From: Balanoglossus misakiensis | Lineage: Eukaryota > Animalia > Hemichordata | Reading direction: 5' to 3' | DNA length: 64,000 nucleotides | Assembly (NCBI GenBank): GCA_040954595.2 | Contig: CM082581.2 | Coordinates: forward strand, 4,704,699-4,768,698 | In this document: positions 13,582 through 27,445 of the stretch, piece by piece | Numbering within the stretch: the stretch's first letter is position 1 | Layout of the letters: every line of letters begins with the position of its first letter | The notes under the pieces: generated by a model | What the model was told of the DNA's origin: nothing | Database searches by the model: none | Seen by the model: the letters and a program-made list of their open reading frames with translations, nothing else | Translations under genes and position numbers: made by a program

Positions 13582-14465
13582 TTTATACACTTGTAATTTC
13601 ATTTTGATGATTTAGGCTTGTTATTATAAGAAAATTACTGTACAGGGAGATATTATATACGTCAGTTCACACATCTATTGAATACTAAAAGTACAATTTT
13701 AAGATGGTTGCCCTTGAATCTATGGAAATAGCCTAACGCCAACATCAGTAATCGTCTACATGTACTTTCAGATAACTGCAGCAAGCTATGACTCGTCGAG
13801 TCTAAAGAGGACGATATTTGAATATCTTTGTTATTTGCGTCCAATCGATAAAAGTTTTGTACAGGCCAAGGGCGGAAAAACAGTTCGAGAGCAATGTACT
13901 TCACAAAGAGCTCTACCCGACAGAGCTACACGCGAATCGGGTGCTGCGATTGTAAACATTTCCGTGGAAATGCTTAAGTGTTTTCAGATTTCAGGTATAT
14001 ACAACGAATGACAGGAAATGTGTTTGACTAAAGCAGATACTCGTTGAACCGTGGATAATGGCGAAAAGGTCAATGGACAGAATTCTATGTTATAAGTTGT
14101 TTTGCAGTGATGCAAAATTAAGGTATGAAGCAATCTAGTTCTTTAAACAATGTGGGAATCGGGTGTTGGTGTTGTTTAGTTGATATTGGACCTTGGATAG
14201 TACCACGTAGTAAATCAAATTAGAAAGTAACAATGGTGTTCCTGGTGCATCACTCACTACGCATCCTATTGTTCACAACAAATTAAACACTTTGGTACAT
14301 GTATGTCAATTGGAAGCATTTTGAAAAAGGCGTTGCTTTATACACTTGTAATTGCATGTTGTTTCTTAAGGCTTATTGTTATAACAAATGACAAAGATGT
14401 TATATACGTCAATTCACACATGTATTCAATACATTTTAAGATGGTTGCCCTTGAATCTATTGAAA
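13582..14465 (+). repeat. Diverged ~130-145-bp direct repeat pair (13582-13727 and 14337-14465)
   Basis: Shared tttatacacttgtaatt, ttatatacgtca(g/a)ttcacacat and ttttaagatggttgcccttgaatctat. Confidence 0.8.
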
Positions 14466-14657
14466 AACTCCGTCAAATTCAGGAATCATGCACTCTCAAT
14501 GCTAACTGCGGTTGTAAACATAGTGCTTGGACGTGCTCAAGTGTCTTTAGATTGCAGGTAAAATGATGATAGGCAATGAGTTTGACTTAACGATTGATGT
14601 AGCCCCATCTGCGGCTGCGAGTATGGTGTACAATGTACATCACTGCAACCAATGCTG

Positions 14658-14983
14658 ATACATACATACATACATACATACATACATACATACATACATA
14701 CATACATACATACATACATACATACATACATACATACATACATACATACATACATACATACATACATACATACATACATACATACATACATACATACATA
14801 CATACATACATACATACATACATACATACATACATACATACATACATACATACATACATACATACATACATACATACATACATACATACATACATACATA
14901 CATACATACATACATACATACATACATACATACATAAATACATACATACATACATACATACATACATACATACATACATACAT

Positions 14984-15043
<60 letters not shown>

Positions 15044-15056
15044 ACACACACACACA
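14658..15056. repeat. Compound microsatellite (CATA)n then (CA)n
   Basis: Read directly from the sequence. Confidence 0.98.
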
Positions 15057-16823
15057 GAATGCTTGATTTGTACTTCTAAATTGTTGAATCTTTGAAACCA
15101 TATTCTCGTCACCAAATCAAAAACTAATTAAGAGATGTCCACATACAGAGGAAACCTGTAATTTAATAAATATGACCGTTGTGTCGGTGAAATTCCCATG
15201 GCAACGGCACAGAATAATGAATTCAAAAGATTTCTTCTGATTAAACGGTCATTCGAATGCTTATCAGTCCGTGGTGAATATTCTTAATTGCTATTTGCTG
15301 AGTCAAGGACGAAGCACTTTATCGTTGCCACACCACTTTGTGTATAGGGTTGTGATTCGAAGTTGGCTTCTACATTGTACTTCGTAGTACAATCGCTTTA
15401 GACAGCAAAGACGTCTGGATGACTGTCGATATATTTCTTTCTTTTTAAGTTAATGCTTTGAAGGAGATGTAAATTATCAACAATTGGAAAAAAAATGTAT
15501 ACGCTTGTCTCTATACATGTACCTCTCTCAAAATTTAACCAATTTTGAGTAATGAGACTAGTTCCAGTCAGAAAAATTGCTCCTATGATTTTTCATACAG
15601 GTAATTTCCGTTGGGGCAACGCAGCAGAAGAAGATATCCTGCTTGTCACAATTGTAATGATGGAAACAGTATAGCGTTTCGGCGGGGAAAAATAATCTGA
15701 GATTGATCATGTCATACGTCCTTATGTTCGTTTTTTCTTTTCCTTTGGTAAGCTAATGTCAAACAAATATCTAAAGTTTATGATTAGCATATAAATACAT
15801 TGTGTGTGCATAATATAAAAAAATAATTTGGCCTTTATGATTTCGCTTATGTTTAAAACATTTTGTTTGTTTTGTTTTGCTTGGTACTTTCATTCCAGAC
15901 TGCGTACGATACTACATGGTAATTGGTTTTTCGAAGGGAAGAAAAGCAGAAAGGCACATGCAAGGCATACATTTGCCTTGCAATATTGCTGATAATCTGC
16001 CGGCATACATGAAACGCTACCCAGGACCTCCGTGTAATGGTTTTATGTATCTGAGAACACGCATATTATTACAGATAATTGCAGAGAGCTTAAATACTCA
16101 AAGGCATGTAAAAAGTAACGCTAGATTCTTCTGCGAGATTTGTAACAGATTAACATATCTCCTATCTACTACAACTCAAGTAATCCTTTTACTGTTGCCG
16201 CCATTCAATTAGACTCTACCTATTTTGCAATGCTCTTCGGTGGTTTGGGGGTTGGCGAAATGTCATATATGATTAAATGGTTAAGTTCATCATAAACATT
16301 GTATATTAATGAATCTTTCTTAATGTGAACAGTATGTATAGTTTGTGAACCCTAATGATATAGTCGGTTAAACATGAGTTCTGTGAACGTGTTGTTTCCA
16401 TTTATACATTTACGTTTATGATTTCCGGAGTTAAGATTAATTTCCTCCCGATAGTATAGCAGTGAACCTGGTTTACTGTTCTCTGCTATCACCTATCGTT
16501 CGCAATGACATTCAAGGCTTGTCATTGGGAGCGAATGCAGAAACAAATCATGTTTTTCACAAATCTGTGCGTGCTTTCTCTCATGTACAGATTCATGGTT
16601 TGTCGTGACAGAACATATAGGTTTGTCTGACCTACGTTTTTTTTTTCAATGGCCGAGTCGTTCAATCACCAATATCCCAAAGTCACGCAGCCGAATTCTA
16701 TTCCTTACTAATAGGCCGGGATAGAGTTTCAGCTGCTTAAGATGATATGTTATGAGCATTAAATATTTAGCCCATGACAGGGTATAATCAAACACAAAAC
16801 AGCGTCGACACTACAAACAAAAG

Positions 16824-16886
16824 CCACCACCCCACCACCACCACCACAATCACAACAACAACAACAACAACAACAACAACAGCAAC
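16824..16886. repeat. (CCA)n/(ACA)n microsatellite
   Basis: Read directly from the sequence. Confidence 0.9.
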
Positions 16887-19800
16887 ATTTTACACAGTGC
16901 GCCTAAACTATAGAGTATCAATGAAATTTTCTCCATATATATCAGTGTTTTTCCCAAAGATTGTAATATCCTTTGGGCCTTTGTGTCTTCGTTGTATTTA
17001 TTAAATCTTCATCGAGGTCTTCCGTTATGATCACATCTGTCGGCCGAGAATGTACAGTGCAAACCACTAACAAAAATCTCAGAGACCATAAAACACAGCA
17101 AAGAAAAACAAATCTTTCCCAACACTCTCATATCCACTGATTGCGATGTGGTAACACGAACAAGCACTCTGAGAACACTTGTCATTAGATGTTTTACTTT
17201 GTGAAGTCACTCTTTTGTCTGTCGCCGTCTCTTCAGAAAAGTTTTAACGCACATTTTGAAAGACGCGGTAACACGTATAGTCCAACTTACCAGTATAAAT
17301 GCATCCATGCCCGCGATATGTGGGAATCAGAAGAAAGGTAGAAGGTCAAGTTAACGTGTAACTTGAATTGAATGTAACCCAATCGCAAAAAGATGAAACT
17401 TATGCCACGATATGTTTCTGCCGCGGGTTGATCGCCAGTTCTGCGTGGACCAGTCACGACGTCCTCATCAATATTAATGTAATGGAGTCTCTCTATCGAT
17501 CCACCCACCCACCAAACCCTTAAGCCAAATTCCCACTCAGCCCTATACATCCCGCTCGTCCACCGGTCCGTCCATCCATCCATCCTTCCATCCATCGAAA
17601 GACTCCATCACATTAATATACCGCACCGCGTAAGTAAACGACGTCGCCGTACCCTTCATCTGATTTTACTCAGATTGGGTGCCAGATAGCCATGGCACCA
17701 ATATTGCGACAAAATGAAGAGTACTTATAAGACTTTTAATTTTTCAGTTTCGATATGTATATGTGAGCTGAAATGATCGGATCTGATGACCTAATTTCCC
17801 TTTAAGCTGTTTCTATACTCCCCATTACATTTTGTATTCGTTTTAAATACATTGCAGTTTTAGAGCCAGTATTTCTGAAAGGTATATGTAACAGACACCC
17901 TACATTAAATTTATTACAGCAATACAAGATGTAATTCCTTCGGTGTAAGTGGAACTTTTATATACTTCAACAGAGTCACTCAAAAATTAATCATATTCTG
18001 CAACATTGCCACCGGAATTACGTGTATGATTTCACTGAACGTTTCTTTCCGTTCATGTTAGTGACAAAAGTAAATGGTTTAGGTTTCTTCTGTCTTTTCA
18101 CTACAATTGTCTCAGTCCATTCACTACAATTGGCGGGAATAGGAGTATATTACATCATAGACTGTCTATGATTACACAAGGTTCGACTCGTTAGTGCGTA
18201 TTTATGGATGAAATACGGAAATACTAATTTGCCCTCATTTGCATTTCAATGTAATTTGTTCGTTAGTTGGATGGGATTCCCCTTTTGCCTGACAAGATAA
18301 AGGCAATTATGGAAAGCGTTCACTCAGGTTGCTAGGAACCAAAGACACGTTCTGAATCGAAAGGTATAAATTCCAAGCTTTTAATATCCGTGCCGAAGCG
18401 AAGCGTATTGGAAATTAATTTCTTGTATAACAGACACGTTTAATATAGTAATTTCCACACTCGATTGTCGTCCAATCTGGGCAGAAATCTATACATTCGT
18501 CTAACCTGTAATTGAAAAACTTTATCGGCAAAAATGACGTCACGGTTACAAAAGCGACCGACCGGGTTGGTCCATCTAAATTAATGTACAGAATAGACCT
18601 GAAATTTCCATTCCTGTTTGCTACCTCATAAAATTGTCGTTTTGCTCGGGGTTCATGATTACCATACAACACCCAGAGATTTGCCGTTGCCTTAGATTTT
18701 AAATGATCTGTCAATAGACCTAATTACCATACATGTATGTAGAAATAAAATAATTATAGATTTATAACAATATTGTTAAGGTGTAGCCCCCATATCTTTT
18801 TGCCGGTTGCCATGGGCCGTTTTGGGAGATTACATTCAAAACTGAGCGCACTGCCAAATAAAATACGACTGCCCCATCTTAAAATAATTATCTTTATTTG
18901 ATAGGTTTGGTAACGATCACTCAATTTCTGGCGTAGTAAAAGGCATGTAAACAACATTTGATACAGAAAATAATTTTTTTTCTTCCAACACTTGAGAAAT
19001 ACATATGAAAATGATTTCTCGCTATACTTACAACCAAGACATCGACATGTATATAAAATACAAATTTATTGAAGGCAAAAGTCAAATGTGGTGTTCCACA
19101 AGGTTGAATATAAGGCCCAATGTTAACTATTAATATAATAAAATAACTTTTCGAGAAAACTTAAATTAGTGAAGTTTATAAATACAAGACACCCTGTTTT
19201 CTTCTTTGTTAAAAAAACTCTTTTTCAAACATTTTAATATAGCAAAGAATTGAATGTTTGGAAGACTGTCATTTTTTTCTGAAAATTTGAAAATTGGTCG
19301 CCGAAGCGCACGCTACCCTTTTTTCAAATCTTGTTGTACTCCAAAGATCATGCTAGTATACCCAGTACTTCGCTTGTCATAGCCGGTATGCGCGTATATA
19401 ACAGCCATTGAAGTTGTTTGCAAATGAATTTTAGTCCGGACTTTGCACAATAACAATACTAAGTATATATACACATATATGTGTTGATAAGCTAAATGCT
19501 GGGTATTCCATCACATTTCAGGAATTTGAACAAGAAACTGCATGCAGTATAGATACTCAAAAACAAAAATGCCGAAAACCTAATGACGAGTTACACTGAT
19601 GGCGCTTTAAACAAGAATAGTTAACTTGCCTTTACTTCAGCCTCTCTCACTTCAGCAACATAAAACGTACCTTTCTGTTGAGTTTTCTTGTGAGAGGTGA
19701 ACAAATACTAAAAAGTTAACGTATTCCATGATGAAATAAATGGCATCCAAGCGCAATCGTCAAGTACAAAAGTGGAATATTGATTTCATGCTCCGTGGCC

Positions 19801-20320
19801 GTTAAATGCGTTCATCTCTGACACCAGAACATTTACAGTGTATACGTAAGTGGAAGGCTAACATACAATAATAAATTAATGAACAGTAAGTAATAGCCCC
19901 AATAAAAAATAAAGCAATAAATCGTTATCGTTAGCCTTTTCAATTTAGGAGCCAACTTCGGTGGTTGTTTTTTTTTCACGGAAGAGATAAATTAAAGCAT
20001 ACAATCGGCGAAATATCAGTTTCAATGCGAAAAGAATAATGATTTACGTCAAATATACAATGTACACATGGTGAGTTTTGAGGATTTGAATGTCCATGTA
20101 AATTTTGAGAAATACAGTCCCGTTGTATGTTTTGAGGATACGAACGAAGCAATGGCGAATTTCACTTTTATCATGCAAGAGAAACTCGCCTTTGGCTACG
20201 ATGCCATACACTTTGCTAAAATAGCACAGTTGTATGTTTTTGTTGTAATATTACGAATGAAGTAATCGAAATATCTACCGAGCATTAAAAAATACATTGG
20301 CGGCGAAACGTGACACCTCA

Positions 20321-20388
20321 AAGGAATATATAATGTGTATACATGGTTAAAGGGAAGGAATATATAATGTCTATACATGGTTAAAGGG
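20321..20388. repeat. 34-bp tandem duplication just 3' of the GPCR stop
   Basis: aaggaatatataatgt(g/c)tatacatggttaaaggg occurs twice. Confidence 0.85.
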
Positions 20389-20494
20389 ATGTGCCTTAGT
20401 CTTCTAGTGACCAGGTGGTGACGCGCCATTTTGCGTGCCCACCCGCGAAAACTTGTGATTGCTATACATGTACATGTAGATCTTGCTGGACAGA

Positions 20495-21751
20495 TCATAT
20501 GAGATTGGAGCTTAATTGTGTCGGGTTTGACGACGGTGAGCTACTAGACTGTCTCACATTTACAAAGTTTGACTCGGCATAATTGCTAACGTAAGCACAC
20601 CCTCTGTTTGATTGATCGAAATTCAGCTCAGAATCTGTGCGCTGTAAAGCGTTCAGGTTGATTCCGTTATTGGGTAGCCGGCGTTCTGGATTCAATGTGT
20701 TGCGGGCCACTTGTCGCAGACGCCACGGGTACATACTGCTGAACTCCTTGCGGAAGGCGTCGCTGAGCCTTCCGTACAGAAACGGGTTTATACACGTGGT
20801 GACCATGGCCAACGAATGGCAAATATGATAGCTTAAATCGATCCAACGATCGTTGAGTAGTTGGAAATTGAATTCTGATATGATTATCCAAACGTTTAGC
20901 GGCAGCCAGCAAACCCCAAAGACAATAACGACCGCCATCAGCATTTTGTTGGTTTTTTGCTTTCTCAGCGTTTCCGATTGCATCTGTTGCGATGTTAAAA
21001 CGCCGGGCACAACCCTGTTTCTCAGTTTTATCCAAACTCGGGCGTATGATGTGGCGATGAAAAAGATCGGCAAGGCATACTGGAAGGAGAACATGGTCAA
21101 CGTGTACGACTGTTTGCTCCGGGCGCTGGGCCACGATTCCGTGCACAAAATACTGTGCACATGTAACGCTGGGTATCTCAGTTCCTCGTACAATCGGTAG
21201 GCAATGAGTGGCACCGACAGGCCGAGCGCCAATACCCAGATAACGACAATAACCGCGGCACTTTGGAACAGCGTGATTCGTTTCTTGAGCGGGTACATAA
21301 TCAAGTTGAATCTGTCTATGGCTATAGCGGTCATGGTCAACGTTGACACGAGGACGGAGCTGGTCTGCAGTGGCGTCACTGTGTAACACAGAAACTTGCC
21401 AAAAATCCACGTGTCAGTCAACGTGTAGACTAGCGTTAGCGGCAGACATAAAATGCACACTGCCACATCGCTGACGGAGAGGTTACAGATGAACACATAG
21501 GTCGGTGTGTGAAGGTTCCTGTTTCGCTTGACGGCAACGCACACCATGATGTTTCCAAAGACTCCGAGGATGATGATGACAGTGTACACTAAAATGAACA
21601 TCCAGCGAAAAGCAGGGTGTGCGCTACTACCTTTGTAGATCGAATCAAAATAGTCCGATATGTAACCGCCAAAGTCGCCGTCAACCGACGACTTATTCGC
21701 CTGGATACCATGGGGGGATACGTACGGCGAGTCCGTTGAAACTTCGTCCAT
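20495..21751 (-). CDS. Intronless class A GPCR, neuropeptide Y / prolactin-releasing peptide / sNPF receptor group, 418 aa
   Basis: Seven hydrophobic segments with GN (TM1), NLSVSD (TM2), WIFGKFLC (ECL1), IAIDRF (TM3), CTESWPS (ECL2), FGVCWLP (TM6), CHSLAMVTTCINPFLY and FRKEF (TM7/H8). First ATG is at 21751; the ORF track starts at an upstream TTG. Confidence 0.93.
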   Translation of the reverse strand: MDEVSTDSPYVSPHGIQANKSSVDGDFGGYISDYFDSIYKGSSAHPAFRWMFILVYTVIIILGVFGNIMVCVAVKRNRNLHTPTYVFICNLSVSDVAVCILCLPLTLVYTLTDTWIFGKFLCYTVTPLQTSSVLVSTLTMTAIAIDRFNLIMYPLKKRITLFQSAAVIVVIWVLALGLSVPLIAYRLYEELRYPALHVHSILCTESWPSARSKQSYTLTMFSFQYALPIFFIATSYARVWIKLRNRVVPGVLTSQQMQSETLRKQKTNKMLMAVVIVFGVCWLPLNVWIIISEFNFQLLNDRWIDLSYHICHSLAMVTTCINPFLYGRLSDAFRKEFSSMYPWRLRQVARNTLNPERRLPNNGINLNALQRTDSELNFDQSNRGCAYVSNYAESNFVNVRQSSSSPSSNPTQLSSNLI

Positions 21752-24700
21752 CGTAGCGGTCTCTGTTTGGTCTTTCAAGTGAGAACACCAAGTATAGATC
21801 CGTTCAGCGGGAACCGAGCGGAACTAACTACGTTCCTGATCCCGCGTTAATCACACAATGCGTCTTTGATGATTTGTACACACGGAGTATAGTAAGGTTA
21901 CGGCTGCTAAAAGGTAGACATTTCTACATCATCGATCGAGCACTCGTAATCGAAATATGCATCATGCCAGTGCGTTTAAGCAATCAATAAGCCAAGCGTC
22001 AGCATCGCGCGACAAGTATTTACCCACTAGTCTTTGCGTGATGCGCATTAATAATACATGCGCAAGCGCGTAATAATATTTATATCCTGCACCAAAGTAT
22101 ACCTAATCTGGTCATTTTGCTCTGTTTGTGGGAGATATACGTAACCAGATATGGAGAACAAAGGCCAAGTAATATTTATTGCACTGTTAACAAGGTGCAA
22201 AATAGATGAACATTTCCTCGCCTGTTGCCAAAAAATGAATAAAACAACGTCTATAAACTCGATTATAAGATCATAATCGTGGTTTATTTCCCTTTCATAT
22301 CACGATAAAATAATCATTTGTCCCATATATAAAAACAATATAAAGTTTTTTTTTATCTAGGACAGTAAGAAAGTAAAGAAGGGTGATCTAATTTCTCCAC
22401 ATTAATCCACATCGAACTTTATTGGCATTTTGCCATAGGCGGACTTTGACAATGATGGCGTCTCAGATTCAATATTTCACGCAGATTCATTCATTTAAAA
22501 TCCCTCGGGGAACAGATTCTCTCGAAATCGTCTGTGATGTCGAAGAGCGTGATTCAGTATGAGAAATGTCTTATTTAATTGGAGACTTTATCGTGAATGT
22601 GTCGTTAGGCAAAGAACATAGGCGGCAATCTCTCTCTCTCTCTCTTATTTGTTTTGTCCATTATCGAAAGATGGATCGGCGTTGACACTTTCTTTTATTA
22701 CAAAGCTAGACGGGCAGATTTCAGGACATGCATGTAACATGGTCAGTAAATGCAACACACGCTGAGAAACAACATGTGTTTTACAGCGTCTGAAAAAAAC
22801 ACAACTAAGGTCAGAGCTTGTGAACGGGCCAGAATAAATCCGAATTGTACAGTTCTGTTCATAATTTCAGACTATGGTTGCTGTTGGCACATGAGAAAGG
22901 AAATCGGTGTTTTTGAGACATGATAACAATGGAAAATAAAACAGTTGTTATAATTTAAATTTAAAAAAAATTATTGGGCACTAGCGAGGAAAAATTATTA
23001 ACAAAATCACGTAAGTGTGATCAATACATTATAACAAACCAGGATTGAACAATAAAAGGTCAGTTATTATGTATACTATGTACATACATATGATAAGGGA
23101 ATAAACGTTGAAACAGGCTGCTTCATTCTAAAAGTGGTATTTTCATGCAAAAGCATATTTTTGCAAAGCAGATACATGTATGTATGTCAATATGCCCCCA
23201 TTTTAATACGGCATCGGTTCTAAATGCTCCCCACGGGGTTTATCCTGATTAAGTGTCTCCGAAATTGAGATGAAAACTTGTGAAAATGGGCATCAAGCTG
23301 TTATCGTCCCCTCGTGAGTTTCGGTGAAGCACAGTTTTCCTGTTATTGTCATCACAGTTCAAGGGCTTGTACGTTTTCACATGAATGAAATTGAGAACAT
23401 TCGCAATTGACAATCATACAGTTGTTCATTCACACAGTTCATTCACACAAAGTGATGAAACCTTTGTATTCCCGCAGCGTTGGACTAAATTTTATTTGTG
23501 TTACCCAGGAGCCGATACGCCCTCACGGTCTGGTTGGTGCCACGCTTCTTCTCGTCCTCATTTTTTCTTTACACCGATTCATAAAACAAAAACACTCGAA
23601 CACGTCCGTCGCCCTACCCCACGTGCTATAACAGAGTCAATGCCGAACCTTAGCAATCCTGTAGTTTAAGCATCACTGATAACATTATCTTTGATTAGAG
23701 CTATGCGCAATTATCCGTTTGGACAAGCGCCGACCATGCGTTAAAAATATAATACAAAACGGGAGTTCTACTTTTATAAGTGACTACTACATACGGGAGA
23801 CAGTGATAAATGGCTCGTCAGTCTAATGACAATTTGATGTGACCAAGATTAGTCCGATTTACTAGTAATATACTGATATAGTATATGAAACACAATCATA
23901 TGATCATCTATATAGGACAGATAGTGTGATAACATATCTTTACCTGTCCAGTATTGAATCATTTCACAAAATCTCGGGGCTATCGTGCGCAAACAGCACT
24001 CCTTGCCTGTCAAAAAAAATTGAAATCCAACGAAGAGATATCTTAATCGAATTTTCTCCCCTGAAACTTCAGGTCTGTACTTGTCTCCTCTGTGGTAGCT
24101 TCGAGGGAGCGAGAATTGATGGAAGAGGTTTAGGGGATGCTTGTAAATGATTGGAGATAAATTGAATGCGCTTCCGTACTTGCAAGAGGAACCACCTTTT
24201 CTCAGTTGCCGTATGGAGTAATATTAATAGAGTAAATCACGATGGTTAATCTTGGGTAATACATGTATGTGATTTTCTACACCGGAGGTCACACGTATTT
24301 ATTACTGAAGGTTTGGACTCTTTGAGAAGAGCGTTGTGTGTAGCTCTAAGTTATGGTAAATTACCTCTTCTTATAGCTCAATGAGATGCAACTTTTGGGA
24401 TAATTATCACATTTTTTTCAAAAAGTACTGCCATTATCTCATAGAGATGTATACACTGAAGTATATACAAGTATAATCCCTATGTATGAGTGCATATGCA
24501 AGTTTGAGCCATAAATAATAAAGCTTTGCCGCAAAGGTATATGACCGCCGCCGTGGGAAAATGCATACTACATTGATGTACAATGTAATTATATCCAGAG
24601 AGCTAACGTAGAGTAAAATTGGTCTACATTCGAGTTCGTACAAAATACTCTAGACATCCCAATCAAATAGCATGTACGTCCATTGCTTTCAACAGCCCAT

Positions 24701-27374
24701 ACCGAACATTAAACATTTCTATTCAGTAGACAGAAAATTTATGCTTATCTTGTGCAGTTGGATGCTTTGGTGGAAACAAGTGAAATGTCAAAAGTAAATG
24801 TGGTGTCAAACAAGACGTTAATTGGGAGAAATTGGAACACATTAGGCCATTCCCGAAGGGCAAAAATCTCTGCCTAACAACACAGCAATCGCCGATACAC
24901 ACTCTCATTGGCCACTTCACCCATACTGAGGTCACCAGAATTAGCTAAATTTACTCAGGCCTTAAACATTGTTTGCACGGTGATTCATTCAGGAAAATTA
25001 AATACCGCGTAGGACATAAAGTTTTATTGCATTTCGACGAAAACTGTAACGCATTGGTTTAGACAGTCACTCTTTAATTCGAACATTTGAATGACGTTCA
25101 CCCGTGTTGCCTGAAGCACGATACGACATTATTTTGGACATAAATACAATTCGATGTCAAATTAATGTCACATGTGAGATGTCAGTATTTGTTTAACCAT
25201 ATTCTTCCACTTTTCGAAGATGGCGACCTTAATGCATGCTGGGAATATAAGTTCAAACAACCACGCTGACTCAATGATTGGATTTCTTCTGAACCGAGCA
25301 CAATAACATTTTAGCCTGTCAAGGTTCATCGCCATGAATGACTTACCTTCCCCAATGAACAGTACCCATGACAAAATCACGAATCTAATTTAAATTAGTG
25401 TAATTGAATCAATGAGCGTAATTTCTGCCCAAGAACATACCCATCATACTAGAATGCATTTGAAATGTAATAAAGATATGAGAAAAGCAGAGTGCTCATA
25501 TATTTTCTTTATCGGTCGCGCCATCACGTCTGCGCTGAGTATTGTAAGCGTTTCGCTTAATGGTACACACTGTATTGAATTTTGTCTCTGTCATATATTT
25601 GTGTGCATATGCTGGGCTTCATTGTATTGTTTCGTGATTTATTCTACAACGTGTCTTGAAATATTCAATTCGTAGACACGAACTCAGTAACAAGGAAATA
25701 TGCCATCATTTCAAACCATTCTTTGCAAATGGGATCAGTAAATATGACACCGTCCGCCTTATATCAAATAATGTCATCCTTAATTCCTGCACTTGACATA
25801 TTTTCAGTGGAATTTCATTTCACTGTATTTGTGACAGGTGGTCTCCATTAAAGACGGAGAAGTGGTCTCTCATTTATCAGAGACATGATTTGAATGTAAA
25901 TTCGTTTCAAGTATCAAACACTAGACTAATAGTATCTTGTCGCTACATCAAAAGCACCGTCTATCGTTTGGCGGCAACATGTTTACGTAAATCTCGGCGA
26001 TTCGTGATCGCATTTCTTCCGGATAACTTACGAACAGAAAACTTTTATTGAGCCAATGAACAGTAAATATTTGTTGAAACGACGAACGGTTTTTCTGAAC
26101 ACAGAGAAACCCATTCGGCTTATTTGCACATTTCATTAATTCAACGTTTGCGCGTGCTAAATTGGTTGACAGTGAATTTCGTGTCGATTTTAAAGAGTAA
26201 CATTAAAACGAAGCAGCAAATAACGTGGGTTTCCTACACGCCTGTACAATATATGCGATTGTTAATAACAAATTCGTAGCCAACTGGAGAAATAAGTTGT
26301 TTCGTCACTCAACTCAATACTTGCCATAACTCTTAACTGTATTTCTATACATAGTATATTTCCAGCATTTTATAGTCAGGTATGGTTTTTAAATGCCAAT
26401 AGACCTCATACGTGGAAATTAGTAATTAACATGATAAGCTTACACATAACAGTATATACAGTTGGCAAAAAAGTATCCATGTCAGCTCATAGGCCCCACA
26501 CGACATTCCAAATCTGTGTACGACCAGGCCTACCTTTGTGTTCAGTCTAGACCTCTGTGCTCGTGAGGGTGATCTCCCGCGATAAGCAATCAGTCATTAT
26601 CCAGTTTAATTGCTCGATATACGTCTCTTTACACCCCTGGTCGGTATCTCAGAGGAGACGGGTCTACTTAATCTTCACCATCAAAATTATTTCCGGCTGT
26701 AGGCGATTCGCCTTTCTCCAGGCATGACATTACATGTATATGTCGGTGAGACAAAGGCACAATTGGCAAATGTCTCTACACGCATATACAGACAACGTAC
26801 TTTTTATTTGCATAATTGTCTGGACTCCTGGACTCATCACGGATGCTGTAACTTAACTAGTAATAACAGCAACTAGCCACATATTGCAAAGTCTCAGGGG
26901 ATCAATGTCATGAAATCATTTTCCGAATACAGTAAATTATTAAATGTTCATGTAATTACACTCTATTTGATAAAGAAGGACTACACCCACTGCGACCCAA
27001 GCATGACGTTTGTAATATTAAATTATTCAAAATATGCTACGGTGAAGTCTCTCCATGCTAAAAATGCCATGATCATATACTGTAATTACTTCGTGATCTC
27101 AGTGAGGTCCCTTAGCGGGGCATTTCTCACTGTTTTTAAACAAAATTTCCTTATTATATTATCTTGATGGAAAATCCGCCCAGTTTAAGAGATACACATT
27201 CACGGAGATGCTGCATGGGTAAAATAACCTCAATCGCATTCTTCAGACCCCGTCCCTGCAATATCAGATGGTCCATGTCTATGAAAAAATGTGTGTTATT
27301 TTCGATTATCATTCGTAGTTGGGGCGTCGTGTATGTGGCTTCATGATTAAAAAGCTACCAGTTAATGCATGCAT

Positions 27375-27445
27375 GTTTGTTTGTTTGTTAGTTAGTTAGT
27401 TAGTTAGTTAGTTTGTTTGTTTGTTTGTTTGTTTGTTTGTTTGTT
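27375..27445. repeat. (GTTT)n/(GTTA)n microsatellite
   Basis: Read directly from the sequence. Confidence 0.92.

Noticed and set aside
20667-21410. 247-aa alternative-frame ORF inside the GPCR, and short antisense ORFs there
   Set aside because: No recognisable motifs; expected by-product of a GC-richer coding sequence.
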